Source of the DNA: Planctomycetota bacterium
GTDB taxonomy: Bacteria > Planctomycetota > PLA2 > JAEUHO01
Assembly (NCBI GenBank): GCA_965222115.1
Contig: CBDCTJ010000007.1
Span: 2,592,001 to 2,656,000, forward strand
DNA length: 64,000 bases
Direction: 5' to 3'
Positions within the stretch are counted from its first letter, which is position 1. Each line of letters opens with the position of its first letter. The position numbers and the translations under genes are program-made. Shown one piece after another: positions 1-9,252 of this stretch. The notes beneath the pieces are model-generated. The model was not told the origin of the DNA. It worked only from the letters and a program-made list of their open reading frames with translations, and did not search any database.

Positions 1-654
1 AAGGATGGAACCATTCGTGCGGTGCTGAGCGGTGTAAATCCGGCCGGTTGCCAAGTGTTTTCGTTCAAACAGCCATCCAAGCGGGAATTGGATCACGATT
101 TCCTATGGCGCACGACGCGGTCTTTGCCTGAGCGAGGGCGCATTGGCGTATTCAATCGCAGTTATTACGAAGAGACACTGGTGGTCCGCGTGCATCCGGA
201 ATTCCTTGAGGGGCAGCAGTTGCCTCCGCGCTACAACGTCGATGAGTTGTGGAATCAGCGATTTCAATCCATCCGAGACCACGAGCAGCACCTGGCGCGT
301 AGTGGGACGGTCATCTTGAAATTTTGGCTAAACGTTTCCAAAGACGAGCAGCGCAATCGATTTCTTTCGCGTCTGGATGAACCCGAGAAGAATTGGAAGT
401 TTTCTGCGGGCGACGTGCGCGAGAGGGGGCATTGGGATGCGTACATGCATGCCTACGAACAGGTCATGCGGGAGACGTCGCGGCCGTGGGCGCCGTGGTA
501 CGCGATTCCCGCCGACGACAAGCCCTACATGCGCCAAACCGTCGCCTCGATTGTGGTGCAGACGCTGAAGGGGCTCGATATGTACTATCCCGAGGTGGCC
601 GAGGGCGATCGGGCACGATTTGGTGAGCTGCGACATCAACTCGAGGCCGAATAG
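1..654 (+). CDS. ppk2: Polyphosphate kinase 2 family protein (5' truncated by window edge)
   Basis: Frame open from base 1 (KDGTIRAVLSGVNPAG); PPK2 motifs SFKQPS..ELDHDFLW, IGVFNRSYYE, KFWLNVSKDEQ, KNWKFS, APWYAIPADDK. Confidence 0.93.
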   Translation, partial: KDGTIRAVLSGVNPAGCQVFSFKQPSKRELDHDFLWRTTRSLPERGRIGVFNRSYYEETLVVRVHPEFLEGQQLPPRYNVDELWNQRFQSIRDHEQHLARSGTVILKFWLNVSKDEQRNRFLSRLDEPEKNWKFSAGDVRERGHWDAYMHAYEQVMRETSRPWAPWYAIPADDKPYMRQTVASIVVQTLKGLDMYYPEVAEGDRARFGELRHQLEAE

Positions 655-716
655 CGACGAAATAGCCCGGGTGAGAGCCTCGGGGTTGTCACCCGCCTCG
701 TGTCCACTGGAACGCC

Positions 717-1835
717 GTGAACTCACGCCCCGTCAATGCCGTTCTTGATCTCACTGCCTCGTCGCGAGCAGCGGGGGCGGGCGTTGGGCGCTACGGCGTT
801 TCATTGGCATGCGCCTTGGCGGCATTGCGCGACGATGTGAATCTCTCGTTATCGATTCGTTATGGCCCCCGCGGACGGCGCAAGTCGCTTCGCGCGCAGA
901 TGGCATCTACGGGGTGGCCTGGAACCGAACTGCCGTCGATTGCCCGATGGGGCTGGTGGACGTCGCCGCCGAAGGGTGACGTATTCCACGCCGTGGGCAC
1001 GCGGATTCCGCGCCGCAAGCCGGGCAAGCGCATCGCTACAATTCACGACCTCAGCGCGTTGGACCTACCCGAATTTCTGGGTCCTCGCGAAACCGAACAA
1101 CAGATTCGACGATTGGCGCGCGCCACGGCAAAGGCCGATGCCATCATTGTGCCGTCAACGTTTACACGCGACCGCCTGCGGGCCCACTTCGGTAGCGTTC
1201 CCGCGGAGCGCGTTCATGTGATTCCGCACGGCAATTCCTTGGTGACATCCGATGACGAAGCGGTGCGCGCGTTTCGTACGCGCCATGGACTGCGACAGCA
1301 GTATGTCCTCCACGTCGGGCTCCACTTGCGACGCAAGAATCTCTCGTTTCTCTTTCAGGCCTTCGCGGCGGCCAAACACATGCGCGACTTCGACCTTGTG
1401 TTGGTGGGAGCCACCACGGCACACACGCGCGACTTGCTTGAACTCGCCGATCGATTGCGGATCTCCGAACGGGTGCGCATCTTGGGTCGCCTAAGCGACA
1501 CGGCGCTGGCCGCCGCGTATCGCGGTGCGGCGATCTGTGTCAATCCGTCGCTCTACGAAGGATTTGGACTCTCGCTGCTCGAAGGATTGGCGTCGGGTAC
1601 ACCGTGTGTCGCATCGGCCGAAGGAGCCCACGCCGATGTCCACGGGGGTACGGCAATCATTCCCGACGGGTTTAGCGTCTCGCGATGGGCATCGGCACTC
1701 GATGAATTGGCCACCGATTTGGATGCTTGGGAGCCCAAACGAGAAGCAGCGCAAGCGCACGCAGCCACATTCACTTGGGCCGCCACGGCAAAAGTCACGA
1801 CGGCGCTCTATCGACAGCTTGCGGGGCTCGACTAA
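717..1835 (+). CDS. Glycosyltransferase family 4 (GT-B, MtfB-like)
   Basis: TIHDL, IIVPS, RKN, PSLYEGFGLSLLEGLASGTP motifs. Confidence 0.9.
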   Translation: MNSRPVNAVLDLTASSRAAGAGVGRYGVSLACALAALRDDVNLSLSIRYGPRGRRKSLRAQMASTGWPGTELPSIARWGWWTSPPKGDVFHAVGTRIPRRKPGKRIATIHDLSALDLPEFLGPRETEQQIRRLARATAKADAIIVPSTFTRDRLRAHFGSVPAERVHVIPHGNSLVTSDDEAVRAFRTRHGLRQQYVLHVGLHLRRKNLSFLFQAFAAAKHMRDFDLVLVGATTAHTRDLLELADRLRISERVRILGRLSDTALAAAYRGAAICVNPSLYEGFGLSLLEGLASGTPCVASAEGAHADVHGGTAIIPDGFSVSRWASALDELATDLDAWEPKREAAQAHAATFTWAATAKVTTALYRQLAGLD

Positions 1836-1925
1836 ACACTCGAATCTCATGCGATCCGCTCGCGCGATCAAAGGGATCCAACCCGCTCTCTCCGTACACT
1901 GCCGTCACTCAGCGGAGAGTTCTCG

Positions 1926-4406
1926 ATGGCGAAGAAAAAGGCGTCCGGCGCGACTCCGGCCTATGAAAAGGCCTCGACGTTTTACTTGGGCAAGGGCATC
2001 GATCCGGGAGCGGATGCACCCCGCGACGATCTCTTGCTCTATGACGCCAAGGACCTGACGACGCACGGGATGTGTGTGGGCATGACGGGTTCTGGTAAGA
2101 CGGGTCTTTGCCTCTCCTTGCTGGAAGAGGCAGCGATTGACGGCATCCCCGCGATTGCCATTGATCCGAAGGGCGATCTGGGCAATCTCATGCTCACATT
2201 CCCCAAGCTCTCGCCGAGTGATTTTGAGCCGTGGGTGGATGAAGGTGAAGCGCTGCGCAAGGGCATGGATAAACAGGCTTACGCCAAGCGCATGGCCGAC
2301 CTATGGAAGAATGGATTGGCCGATTGGGGCCAAGACGGCGCTCGCATTCAGCGCTTTCGCGATGCGGTTGATTTGAGCATCTACACCCCGGGGAGTTCGG
2401 CGGGACGGCAACTGACGGTCTTGCGTTCGTTCAGTGCGCCCGCGGAAGCCGTGCGAGGTGACAACGAGGCGATGCGCGAACGTGTTAGCTCGTCGGTTTC
2501 CAGTTTGCTTTGTTTGCTGGGCGTGGATGCCGATCCGATTCAGAGTCGTGAACACATTTTGTTGTCAACCATCTTGCATAACGCCTGGACGGAGGGGACG
2601 GATCTAAGCCTTGCCGCCGTGATTCAAAAGATCCAGAAGCCGGGTGTGGACCGCATTGGCGTGTTTGATCTCGAGTCGTTCTTTCCCGAGAAAGATCGAT
2701 TCGCGCTGGCCATGACCATCAACAACCTGTTGGCGGCGCCAGCATTTGGTGCCTGGCTTGAAGGTGAACCCCTCGACATTCAGCGGTTGCTCTGGACGGA
2801 CGAAGGCAAGCCGCGGCTATCGATCATTTCCATCGCCCATCTCAACGAGTCGGAGCGCATGTTCTTTGTGACCTTGCTGCTTAGTGAAGTCGTGGCGTGG
2901 ATGCGCGGGCAGTCGGGCAGCACCAGTTTGCGTGCGATCGTATATATGGATGAAGTGTTTGGCTTCTTGCCTCCCACGGCGAACCCGCCCTCCAAACTGC
3001 CCATGTTGACAATGCTCAAGCAGGCGCGTGCCTACGGCGTGGGCATGATGCTCGCTACGCAAAACCCCGTGGATCTTGACTACAAGGCGCTCAGCAATAT
3101 GGGCACGTGGTTTCTCGGTCGCCTCCAGACGGAGCGCGACAAAATGCGCATTTTGGATGGTCTTGAGGGCGCGTCCCGTGCAAGCGGTGCATTCAACCGC
3201 GCGGAAGTCGAGGCCACCTTGTCGGGCCTCAAGAGTCGTGTGTTTCTCATGAACAACGTACACGACGATGGGCCGATGCTCTTTCACACGCGCTGGGCGC
3301 TTTCCTACCTTCGTGGCCCGCTTACACGCCAACAGATTAAAGTGCTTTCCGGGCAAAGTCCAGCGCCCGCCAAGCCGGTCGCAAAGCCCGCAACGAAGGC
3401 CGCCAAAGCGGCAACCAAGAGAGAAGTCGCCAAGGCTGATGGGGCGGTTCCTGTTTTGCCGCCTGGCATTGAAGCGCGTTACGTCGTACGTGAAAAGGCC
3501 ATGCGCGACGGTCAATCCTTGCTCTATCGTCCTGCATTGATGGCGCAGGGTCGGCTGCACTTTGTGAATGCGCGGCGCGATATCGATCAATGGGATGAAG
3601 AGGCACTCTTCGTTGCGTTGGAGGGCAAGGCCACGCGCCCCGACCTATGGGCCGATGCCACACCGCTCGGTACGTCGCTCTTGGAGGTCGAGGACGAACC
3701 CGAGGAGGGCGCGCGATTTGGCGAGTTGCCCGGCGCCGCCACCAAGAAGACCAGCTATACGTCGTGGAAGAAGAGACTGAAAGATCACTTCTATCGTGAG
3801 CGTACATTGATGCTCTTTCGTTGTCCCGCGCTCAAGCTTTATTCCGAAGCTGGCGAGAGTGAAGGCGACTTCCGCGCGCGCATGCAACTTGCCATTCGTG
3901 AGAAGCGCGACGAGGCGATTGAGAAACTCAAGAACAAGTATCGACCGAAACTCGAGCGTCTCGACGAGCGTATTCGCAAGAGCGAGCAAAAGGTCGACAA
4001 GGAACAAGAGCAGTACGAGGCGGCGAAGTCGTCATCCGTCATGTCCTGGGGCAAAACGATTTTGGGCGCCGTGCTCGGTCGAAAACTCGGAAGCATAGGC
4101 AATGTGTCTCGCGCGGGTACGGCCATGAGCCGCTCGGCAAAGATCGCCAAAGAAAAGGAAGATGTTCGTCGCGCGTCGGAGGACCTGGACACCGCAGTCG
4201 AAAACCTGGAGGAGATGGAGAAGGCCTTTGAAGCCGATCTTGATGAACTCAAAGCCAAGTATGCCGATGACGCCTTAGAAATCGAAGACAAGCCGATTCG
4301 TCCCCGTAAATCCGACATTGATGTGACTACGTGTGACCTCGTGTGGTTGCCATGGATCGTGGATGGTGATGGCGTGGCCACGCCCGGATTTGAGATCGAG
4401 AGCTAG
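1926..4406 (+). CDS. HerA/FtsK-superfamily P-loop ATPase (DUF87/DUF853-like) with C-terminal coiled coil
   Basis: Walker A GMTGSGKT, IDPKGD, Walker B VYMDE, RAYG..LATQNP sensor; long E/K-rich helical C-terminus. Confidence 0.82.
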   Translation: MAKKKASGATPAYEKASTFYLGKGIDPGADAPRDDLLLYDAKDLTTHGMCVGMTGSGKTGLCLSLLEEAAIDGIPAIAIDPKGDLGNLMLTFPKLSPSDFEPWVDEGEALRKGMDKQAYAKRMADLWKNGLADWGQDGARIQRFRDAVDLSIYTPGSSAGRQLTVLRSFSAPAEAVRGDNEAMRERVSSSVSSLLCLLGVDADPIQSREHILLSTILHNAWTEGTDLSLAAVIQKIQKPGVDRIGVFDLESFFPEKDRFALAMTINNLLAAPAFGAWLEGEPLDIQRLLWTDEGKPRLSIISIAHLNESERMFFVTLLLSEVVAWMRGQSGSTSLRAIVYMDEVFGFLPPTANPPSKLPMLTMLKQARAYGVGMMLATQNPVDLDYKALSNMGTWFLGRLQTERDKMRILDGLEGASRASGAFNRAEVEATLSGLKSRVFLMNNVHDDGPMLFHTRWALSYLRGPLTRQQIKVLSGQSPAPAKPVAKPATKAAKAATKREVAKADGAVPVLPPGIEARYVVREKAMRDGQSLLYRPALMAQGRLHFVNARRDIDQWDEEALFVALEGKATRPDLWADATPLGTSLLEVEDEPEEGARFGELPGAATKKTSYTSWKKRLKDHFYRERTLMLFRCPALKLYSEAGESEGDFRARMQLAIREKRDEAIEKLKNKYRPKLERLDERIRKSEQKVDKEQEQYEAAKSSSVMSWGKTILGAVLGRKLGSIGNVSRAGTAMSRSAKIAKEKEDVRRASEDLDTAVENLEEMEKAFEADLDELKAKYADDALEIEDKPIRPRKSDIDVTTCDLVWLPWIVDGDGVATPGFEIES

Positions 4407-4411
4407 CATTG

Positions 4412-5563
4412 ATGGCCGATGCACCCGACCCAAATGCGCAAGAGACGGTTCCATCTGGCCCCACGTGGGTTGTACCGGCTTTGCTTTGGTTGGTGTTGCT
4501 TGCTGGGGTTGCCGTGTTCGCGTTCGCGCATCCTCGCGCCGAGCAGCACGTTGGGCAACGGGTCATTCATCAAGTTGAGGCGGGCGGGCGCGATGTGCTT
4601 ACAGGTCGCCTTGCGGGCACTGACGGTACGCCCGTTATGCCCAAGATGGGTCCAGGATCTGCAGATCGTCCCTTGAAGCTGGCGTTTATTCCGCCCAGCG
4701 ATGCGGGCAAGGCGGGCGGCGCGATCGACAAAATGATGGCGTGGCTACGCCTGCGCACGGGCTACAACATCGAAGGTGCAATCCTCAAGAACTACGGGTT
4801 GGTGATTGAACAGATCGTTGTTGGCGAGTGTGACATTGCATTCTTGACCGCGACGAGCTACGCCCGTGCGCGCTACGCTACAGAGAATAACGACAGCGCT
4901 GAAGATGACATTGAAGCGTTCCTATCCGCCGTGCGGCAGGGCAATCCAAAGTATCCAGGCAGTGATCTTGCCTACCGGGCGGCCATCATTGTTCATAAGG
5001 ACTCGCCGCTAGAGAACGTCGCCGATCTGACGGACGAGCACAAGGTAGCCGTGGGGCCGCCGACCTCAGGTGCCAGCTATTTACTTCCTACAGCGCTGTT
5101 CAATGAGCTCGGCAAGTCGCCACGCTATGTGCCGTCCGGTGGCTACATGGTGATCATTACGTCCGTATTGCAGCAGTCGGTGGATGCCGGATGCATTTGG
5201 TGGTCGCCACCCAATCCCGATAATCCCATCAACGATGCGCGCATTACTGTCAAGAAAGCATCGCCGAACGTATTCGACGACACGCGAATCATTGGTTACT
5301 CGCGATGGATTCCCAATGAACCCGTGGTCATTCGCAAAGTCATTTCGCCTGAGATTCGACAGGCCATGGCGCGCGCACTCGCGCTGTACGTAAACACAAA
5401 GGGGCGCACGGAAGAAGGGCGACGCGAACTCGAGTTGGTTGGGAACATCGTCGGCTACATTCCCGCCACCAACAAGGACTACGACGTTCTAATGGAGACC
5501 ATTGAACGATCCTTTGCAAATGACCCCGAGGGCCGACGCGACTTCATGCGAGGTCGCAAGTGA
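4412..5563 (+). CDS. phnD: Phosphate/phosphite/phosphonate ABC transporter substrate-binding protein
   Basis: N-terminal hydrophobic helix; Y.AAIIV..DS, TSGASY..P, IPNEPVV motifs; overlaps phnC start (GTGA). Confidence 0.82.
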   Translation: MADAPDPNAQETVPSGPTWVVPALLWLVLLAGVAVFAFAHPRAEQHVGQRVIHQVEAGGRDVLTGRLAGTDGTPVMPKMGPGSADRPLKLAFIPPSDAGKAGGAIDKMMAWLRLRTGYNIEGAILKNYGLVIEQIVVGECDIAFLTATSYARARYATENNDSAEDDIEAFLSAVRQGNPKYPGSDLAYRAAIIVHKDSPLENVADLTDEHKVAVGPPTSGASYLLPTALFNELGKSPRYVPSGGYMVIITSVLQQSVDAGCIWWSPPNPDNPINDARITVKKASPNVFDDTRIIGYSRWIPNEPVVIRKVISPEIRQAMARALALYVNTKGRTEEGRRELELVGNIVGYIPATNKDYDVLMETIERSFANDPEGRRDFMRGRK

Positions 5564-6345
5564 ACGTGTCGAGGCCCATAGAACCCCTGCTCTCGATTTC
5601 AGACTTGAGACTGGTCTATCCCAATGGCTACGAGGCGCTGCGGGGTATCGACGTAGACATTGGCGCTGGTGAGTTTGTAGTCATTGTGGGGTTGTCGGGT
5701 GCCGGGAAGTCCACGTTTATTCGATGCCTCAATCGCCTCGTGCAGCCCACTGCGGGAACGATCCTCTTTGAGGGCGAAGACATTACGCACGTGGAGGGCG
5801 CCGAACTTCGGAGAGTTCGACAACGCCTTGCCATGATCTTTCAACGCTTCAATCTCATCAAGCGCACGTCGGTTCTGACAAACGTGCTCACCGGCTCGCT
5901 CAATCGACAGGGGACACTGGCCAGCTTATTCGGCATGTGGCCACGGGAAGATCGCGAGCGTGCTCAGCGATGCATGAAGCTCGTCGGTTTGGAGGGCTAC
6001 GAACGGCGCCGAGCCGATGCCCTCTCGGGCGGTCAGCAACAGCGTGTAGCGATTGCGCGCGCGCTCATGCAAGATCCGAAAGTGATCCTGGCCGATGAAC
6101 CGGTGGCGTCCTTGGATCCGGCAACGTCGCATAGCGTCATGCGGCATCTCAAAGCCTTGCAGGAGGAGCAGAGACTCACCATCATTGCGAATCTCCATTT
6201 CTTAAGTTTGGCGCGCGAATACGGAACGCGCGTTCTGGCACTTAAGGCCGGCGAACTGGTGTTTGATGGTCTTCCAAAGGACATTGACGAAGACCGTTTT
6301 CACAAGATCTACGGCGAGGACACCGCCGATGTGGAGCTTCACTAG
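5560..6345 (+). CDS. phnC: Phosphonate ABC transporter ATP-binding protein
   Basis: GLSGAGKST, MIFQRFNL, LSGGQQQRVAIARAL, LADEPVASLDP. Confidence 0.93.
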   Translation: MNVSRPIEPLLSISDLRLVYPNGYEALRGIDVDIGAGEFVVIVGLSGAGKSTFIRCLNRLVQPTAGTILFEGEDITHVEGAELRRVRQRLAMIFQRFNLIKRTSVLTNVLTGSLNRQGTLASLFGMWPREDRERAQRCMKLVGLEGYERRRADALSGGQQQRVAIARALMQDPKVILADEPVASLDPATSHSVMRHLKALQEEQRLTIIANLHFLSLAREYGTRVLALKAGELVFDGLPKDIDEDRFHKIYGEDTADVELH

Positions 6346-7634
6346 TGAGTGGCGCGCGCTTCGATGCCCCATGGTCGCGCTTGCGAGCGCGTTCAAGTGC
6401 ACTCGTCTTCGACATCGTGCTCGTCGCGTATGCACTCTGGTGCGTGCAGTACATCGCGACGCACTACAATCCCGATTGGGACTTTTTACGGCGCTACCCT
6501 GGCTTGTTGATGCTCACTTCTGTTGTTGCGGTGTTGTGGCATGCAAGCGGCGCGAGCCTTGGCATCGCGGGCCACCGCCTTCGTTTTGTTCACGCCGATT
6601 CGTCGAGTCGCACAGCGGCCAATCTCTCTCAGCGACTCACGTGGGGCGTTGCAACAGCGGTTTGGATCATGCTCTTCGCGTTGGCGATTTGGTTTGTTGG
6701 TGTGACCTGGGGCTCCGCGGCAATATGGCTCGCCTTGGCCGTTGCCGCCTGTTGGTTTGCTCTGTCGCAAGGTCCCCACGATAGCGTCGCTGAGCGAATC
6801 GCCGGTGTGCGCATCATGCGCGCCCGCGAACGGGATGTGCCCAAGGAGTTGATCCCTTGGACACGGCGCCCGGCCATGTGGGCGCTGTTGATCTTGTTGC
6901 TATTGACGTTCTGGGTGGGAGTCATTGTCACTCAGTTTGCGCTCGGCGATTTGAAGGACGGATTCAATAAGACGAAACCCATGTTTCGGGAACTGGTGAA
7001 TCCCGATACGACGATTGTGTCCGACGTCGTGGCGCGCATGATCGACACCGTGTTCATGGCGCTTATGGCGTCTGTGGTCGCCTTGCCATTCGCCTTTGGC
7101 TTGAGCTTTCTCGGGGCGCGAAACCTGACTCGAGACAGCGCATGGGGGCGCGTGTTCTACGCCATCGCGCGCGTGTTTATGAACGTGACGCGGTCGATTG
7201 AGCCACTCATCTGGGCCATCATCTTTGTGTTGTGGGTGGGGGCCGGGCCCTTTGCCGGCATGTTGGCGCTTACGGTGCATTCGATTGCCGCGCTCGGAAA
7301 ACTCTACAGCGAGGCGATCGAATCGATTGACGACGGACCATTGGAAGCGATGCGCGCAACAGGTGCCGACACGCTCCAGACCATTCGCTACGGCGTGGTT
7401 CCGCAAGTCATCCCGCCGTTTCTTTCGTTCACTGTGTATCGTTGGGACATCAATGTACGCATGGCTACCATCCTCGGCATCATTGGCGGTGGGGGCATTG
7501 GCGATCTGTTGGTGAACTACAGCCAGATTGGATCGTGGTCGAAAGTGGGCACGATTATCTTCTTTATCACAATTGTTGTGTGGGCGATGGACATGGCCTC
7601 GGGGAAGGCTCGCGAACTATTGATGAAAGATTGA
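6345..7634 (+). CDS. phnE: Phosphonate ABC transporter permease with extra N-terminal (RDD-like) membrane domain
   Basis: GPFAGMLAL, KLYSEAIE, EAMRATGA (EAA loop), YRWDINVR.ATILG..GGGGIG; ~170 aa N-terminal extension. Confidence 0.9.
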   Translation: MSGARFDAPWSRLRARSSALVFDIVLVAYALWCVQYIATHYNPDWDFLRRYPGLLMLTSVVAVLWHASGASLGIAGHRLRFVHADSSSRTAANLSQRLTWGVATAVWIMLFALAIWFVGVTWGSAAIWLALAVAACWFALSQGPHDSVAERIAGVRIMRARERDVPKELIPWTRRPAMWALLILLLLTFWVGVIVTQFALGDLKDGFNKTKPMFRELVNPDTTIVSDVVARMIDTVFMALMASVVALPFAFGLSFLGARNLTRDSAWGRVFYAIARVFMNVTRSIEPLIWAIIFVLWVGAGPFAGMLALTVHSIAALGKLYSEAIESIDDGPLEAMRATGADTLQTIRYGVVPQVIPPFLSFTVYRWDINVRMATILGIIGGGGIGDLLVNYSQIGSWSKVGTIIFFITIVVWAMDMASGKARELLMKD

Positions 7635-7826
7635 TTCCTCAATCCCTCGCCGAATCCATCTCCGAATTTGAATCCTTTGCCTGGCCCTTTCCTGTATCCG
7701 CACTCGGGTCGTCGCAATTGCGCTCAACGAATTTGGGAATTTCACCTGAGTGGCGCAACGCGAGCCGCCTGCGGTTGCCCGCCCCGCAGGCTCTGCGTCT
7801 CTGCGCGAGGCGTTCTTCTTAAACGC

Positions 7827-9242
7827 CTAGTTCTTTTTCTGCCGATACAGCCACACATGCCCCGTCGCGACAGTGTCGACGTGCTTGCTACGGGTGCGGT
7901 AGAACGCTGAATACTCAGTGCGAAGCTTCTTTACGTAGCCCTGAAGCGCCTTTACGCGGGCCTCGATTTTGGCATCGTCGAACTCGGACAAATCCTCGGG
8001 AGGATTATCACTTCCTTTGTCTCCTGGATCTTCACTAGCTGCATGCTCGCCGTCCTCGGCACTCAGTGCGTTGGCCGCAGCGGCTTTTTGGAGCAATTGG
8101 CGAGCGGATTCGACCGTAGATTTGTAGCCGTTGGCCACACGCGACGCGGCATTCAATTCATCGCGCTTGACTTTGAGGGCCGCTTGGAACTTGGCCTCGA
8201 GCTTCTTGGTTTCTTCCAGGCTTACGTCCACCTTAGGGGTGCTAAAGCGCACAAGATCGCCGAGCAAGATATCGAGTGCCCCATCGCCGTCGTAGTCGGT
8301 TACCCAGAGGCGTGTACATGTTGACGGAGGCACCTCCGTATCACGCGGCAATATGCCCGATAAGCGCTTTGCTGGTCCGGGAATCAGTTCTTCGAAATCT
8401 CCAAAGGAGGGCACGCCATCGTCACCAGGATTGTTCTTTGAAATCTGGACACCGCCCGTGGTGCTTCCACTCAACAAATCGAAGTCCCCGTCGCCATCAA
8501 AGTCAACGAGATGGGGGGCCGAGTGCATGCCTTCAATCTTTAGGGGCTCCCCCTTGGCACTCTTCAGCAGGATGGGCTCGCCGGTGAATTTTGGCTCCTT
8601 CTTGGTGCCCACGTTCGTAGCAAGCAAGAACGTGCCCTCGAAGTTGCCAATGACAAAGTCAAGATCGCCGTCCTGATCCCAGTCGATGGCGAACGGTTCG
8701 GTACAGATGTGGCGTGTGCGGGGTGCATTGGGCGTATCGGTGAGGACCAGGTGCCGATCCTCGGCGGTCTTAAGCGCAACGGGTTTTGCATAGTCGCCTT
8801 CGCCTTTGCCGTACAGCACATAGACGGGTGCGTGCATGACCTTGAGCCCCTTGCCTGTGTAGCAGCCGGATACGATATCGAGGTGACCGTCGTCGTTGAG
8901 ATCCACAAACTGTGGGGTTGAACTGGCGCATCACCACACGCCCGGCACTTCGGCGATTTTGTCGCCTACACGAATCCAATCGCCCTGGGCGAATGCCGGG
9001 GCCTCGTTGGACCCGGTGTTTTTGAAGGCGTGCATCTTGCCGGATTTGAATTGTCCGACGACAAGATCCTTCAGATCGTCGCCATCGATGTCCACAAAGG
9101 TGGGGCAGGCGTATCCGGGCGACTCCACCGCGATCGGTTGATCGCCCGCTTTTAGCAGCTCGGGCTCATGAAACTCGGTGGCCCAGGCCGTGCTGCTCAG
9201 AAGGCCGAGCGACGCGGCGACAACGATCGTCTTGATACTCAT
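7827..9242 (-). CDS. Secreted FG-GAP/VCBS-repeat beta-propeller protein with in-frame UGA (candidate selenoprotein)
   Basis: ORFs 8931..9242 and 7827..8906 are in one frame, separated only by TGA (8931-8933): ...EVPGVW*CASSTPQFVDLNDDG...; signal peptide at N-terminus; DxDGDGxxD repeats on both sides of the TGA. Confidence 0.75.
8903..8930 (-). promoter_or_regulatory. Putative bacterial SECIS-like hairpin immediately 3' of in-frame UGA
   Basis: Minus-strand CCACA-GUU-UGUGG stem-loop; loop starts with G about 20 nt after the UGA. Confidence 0.4.
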
Positions 9243-9252
9243 GCGCGAGAGT

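Noticed and set aside
7827-9242. Alternative genetic code (UGA = Trp/Gly) as the explanation for the in-frame TGA
   Set aside because: TGA is a normal stop at expected C-termini of several conserved genes here (phnD, dut, APC permease), and Trp is encoded by TGG.
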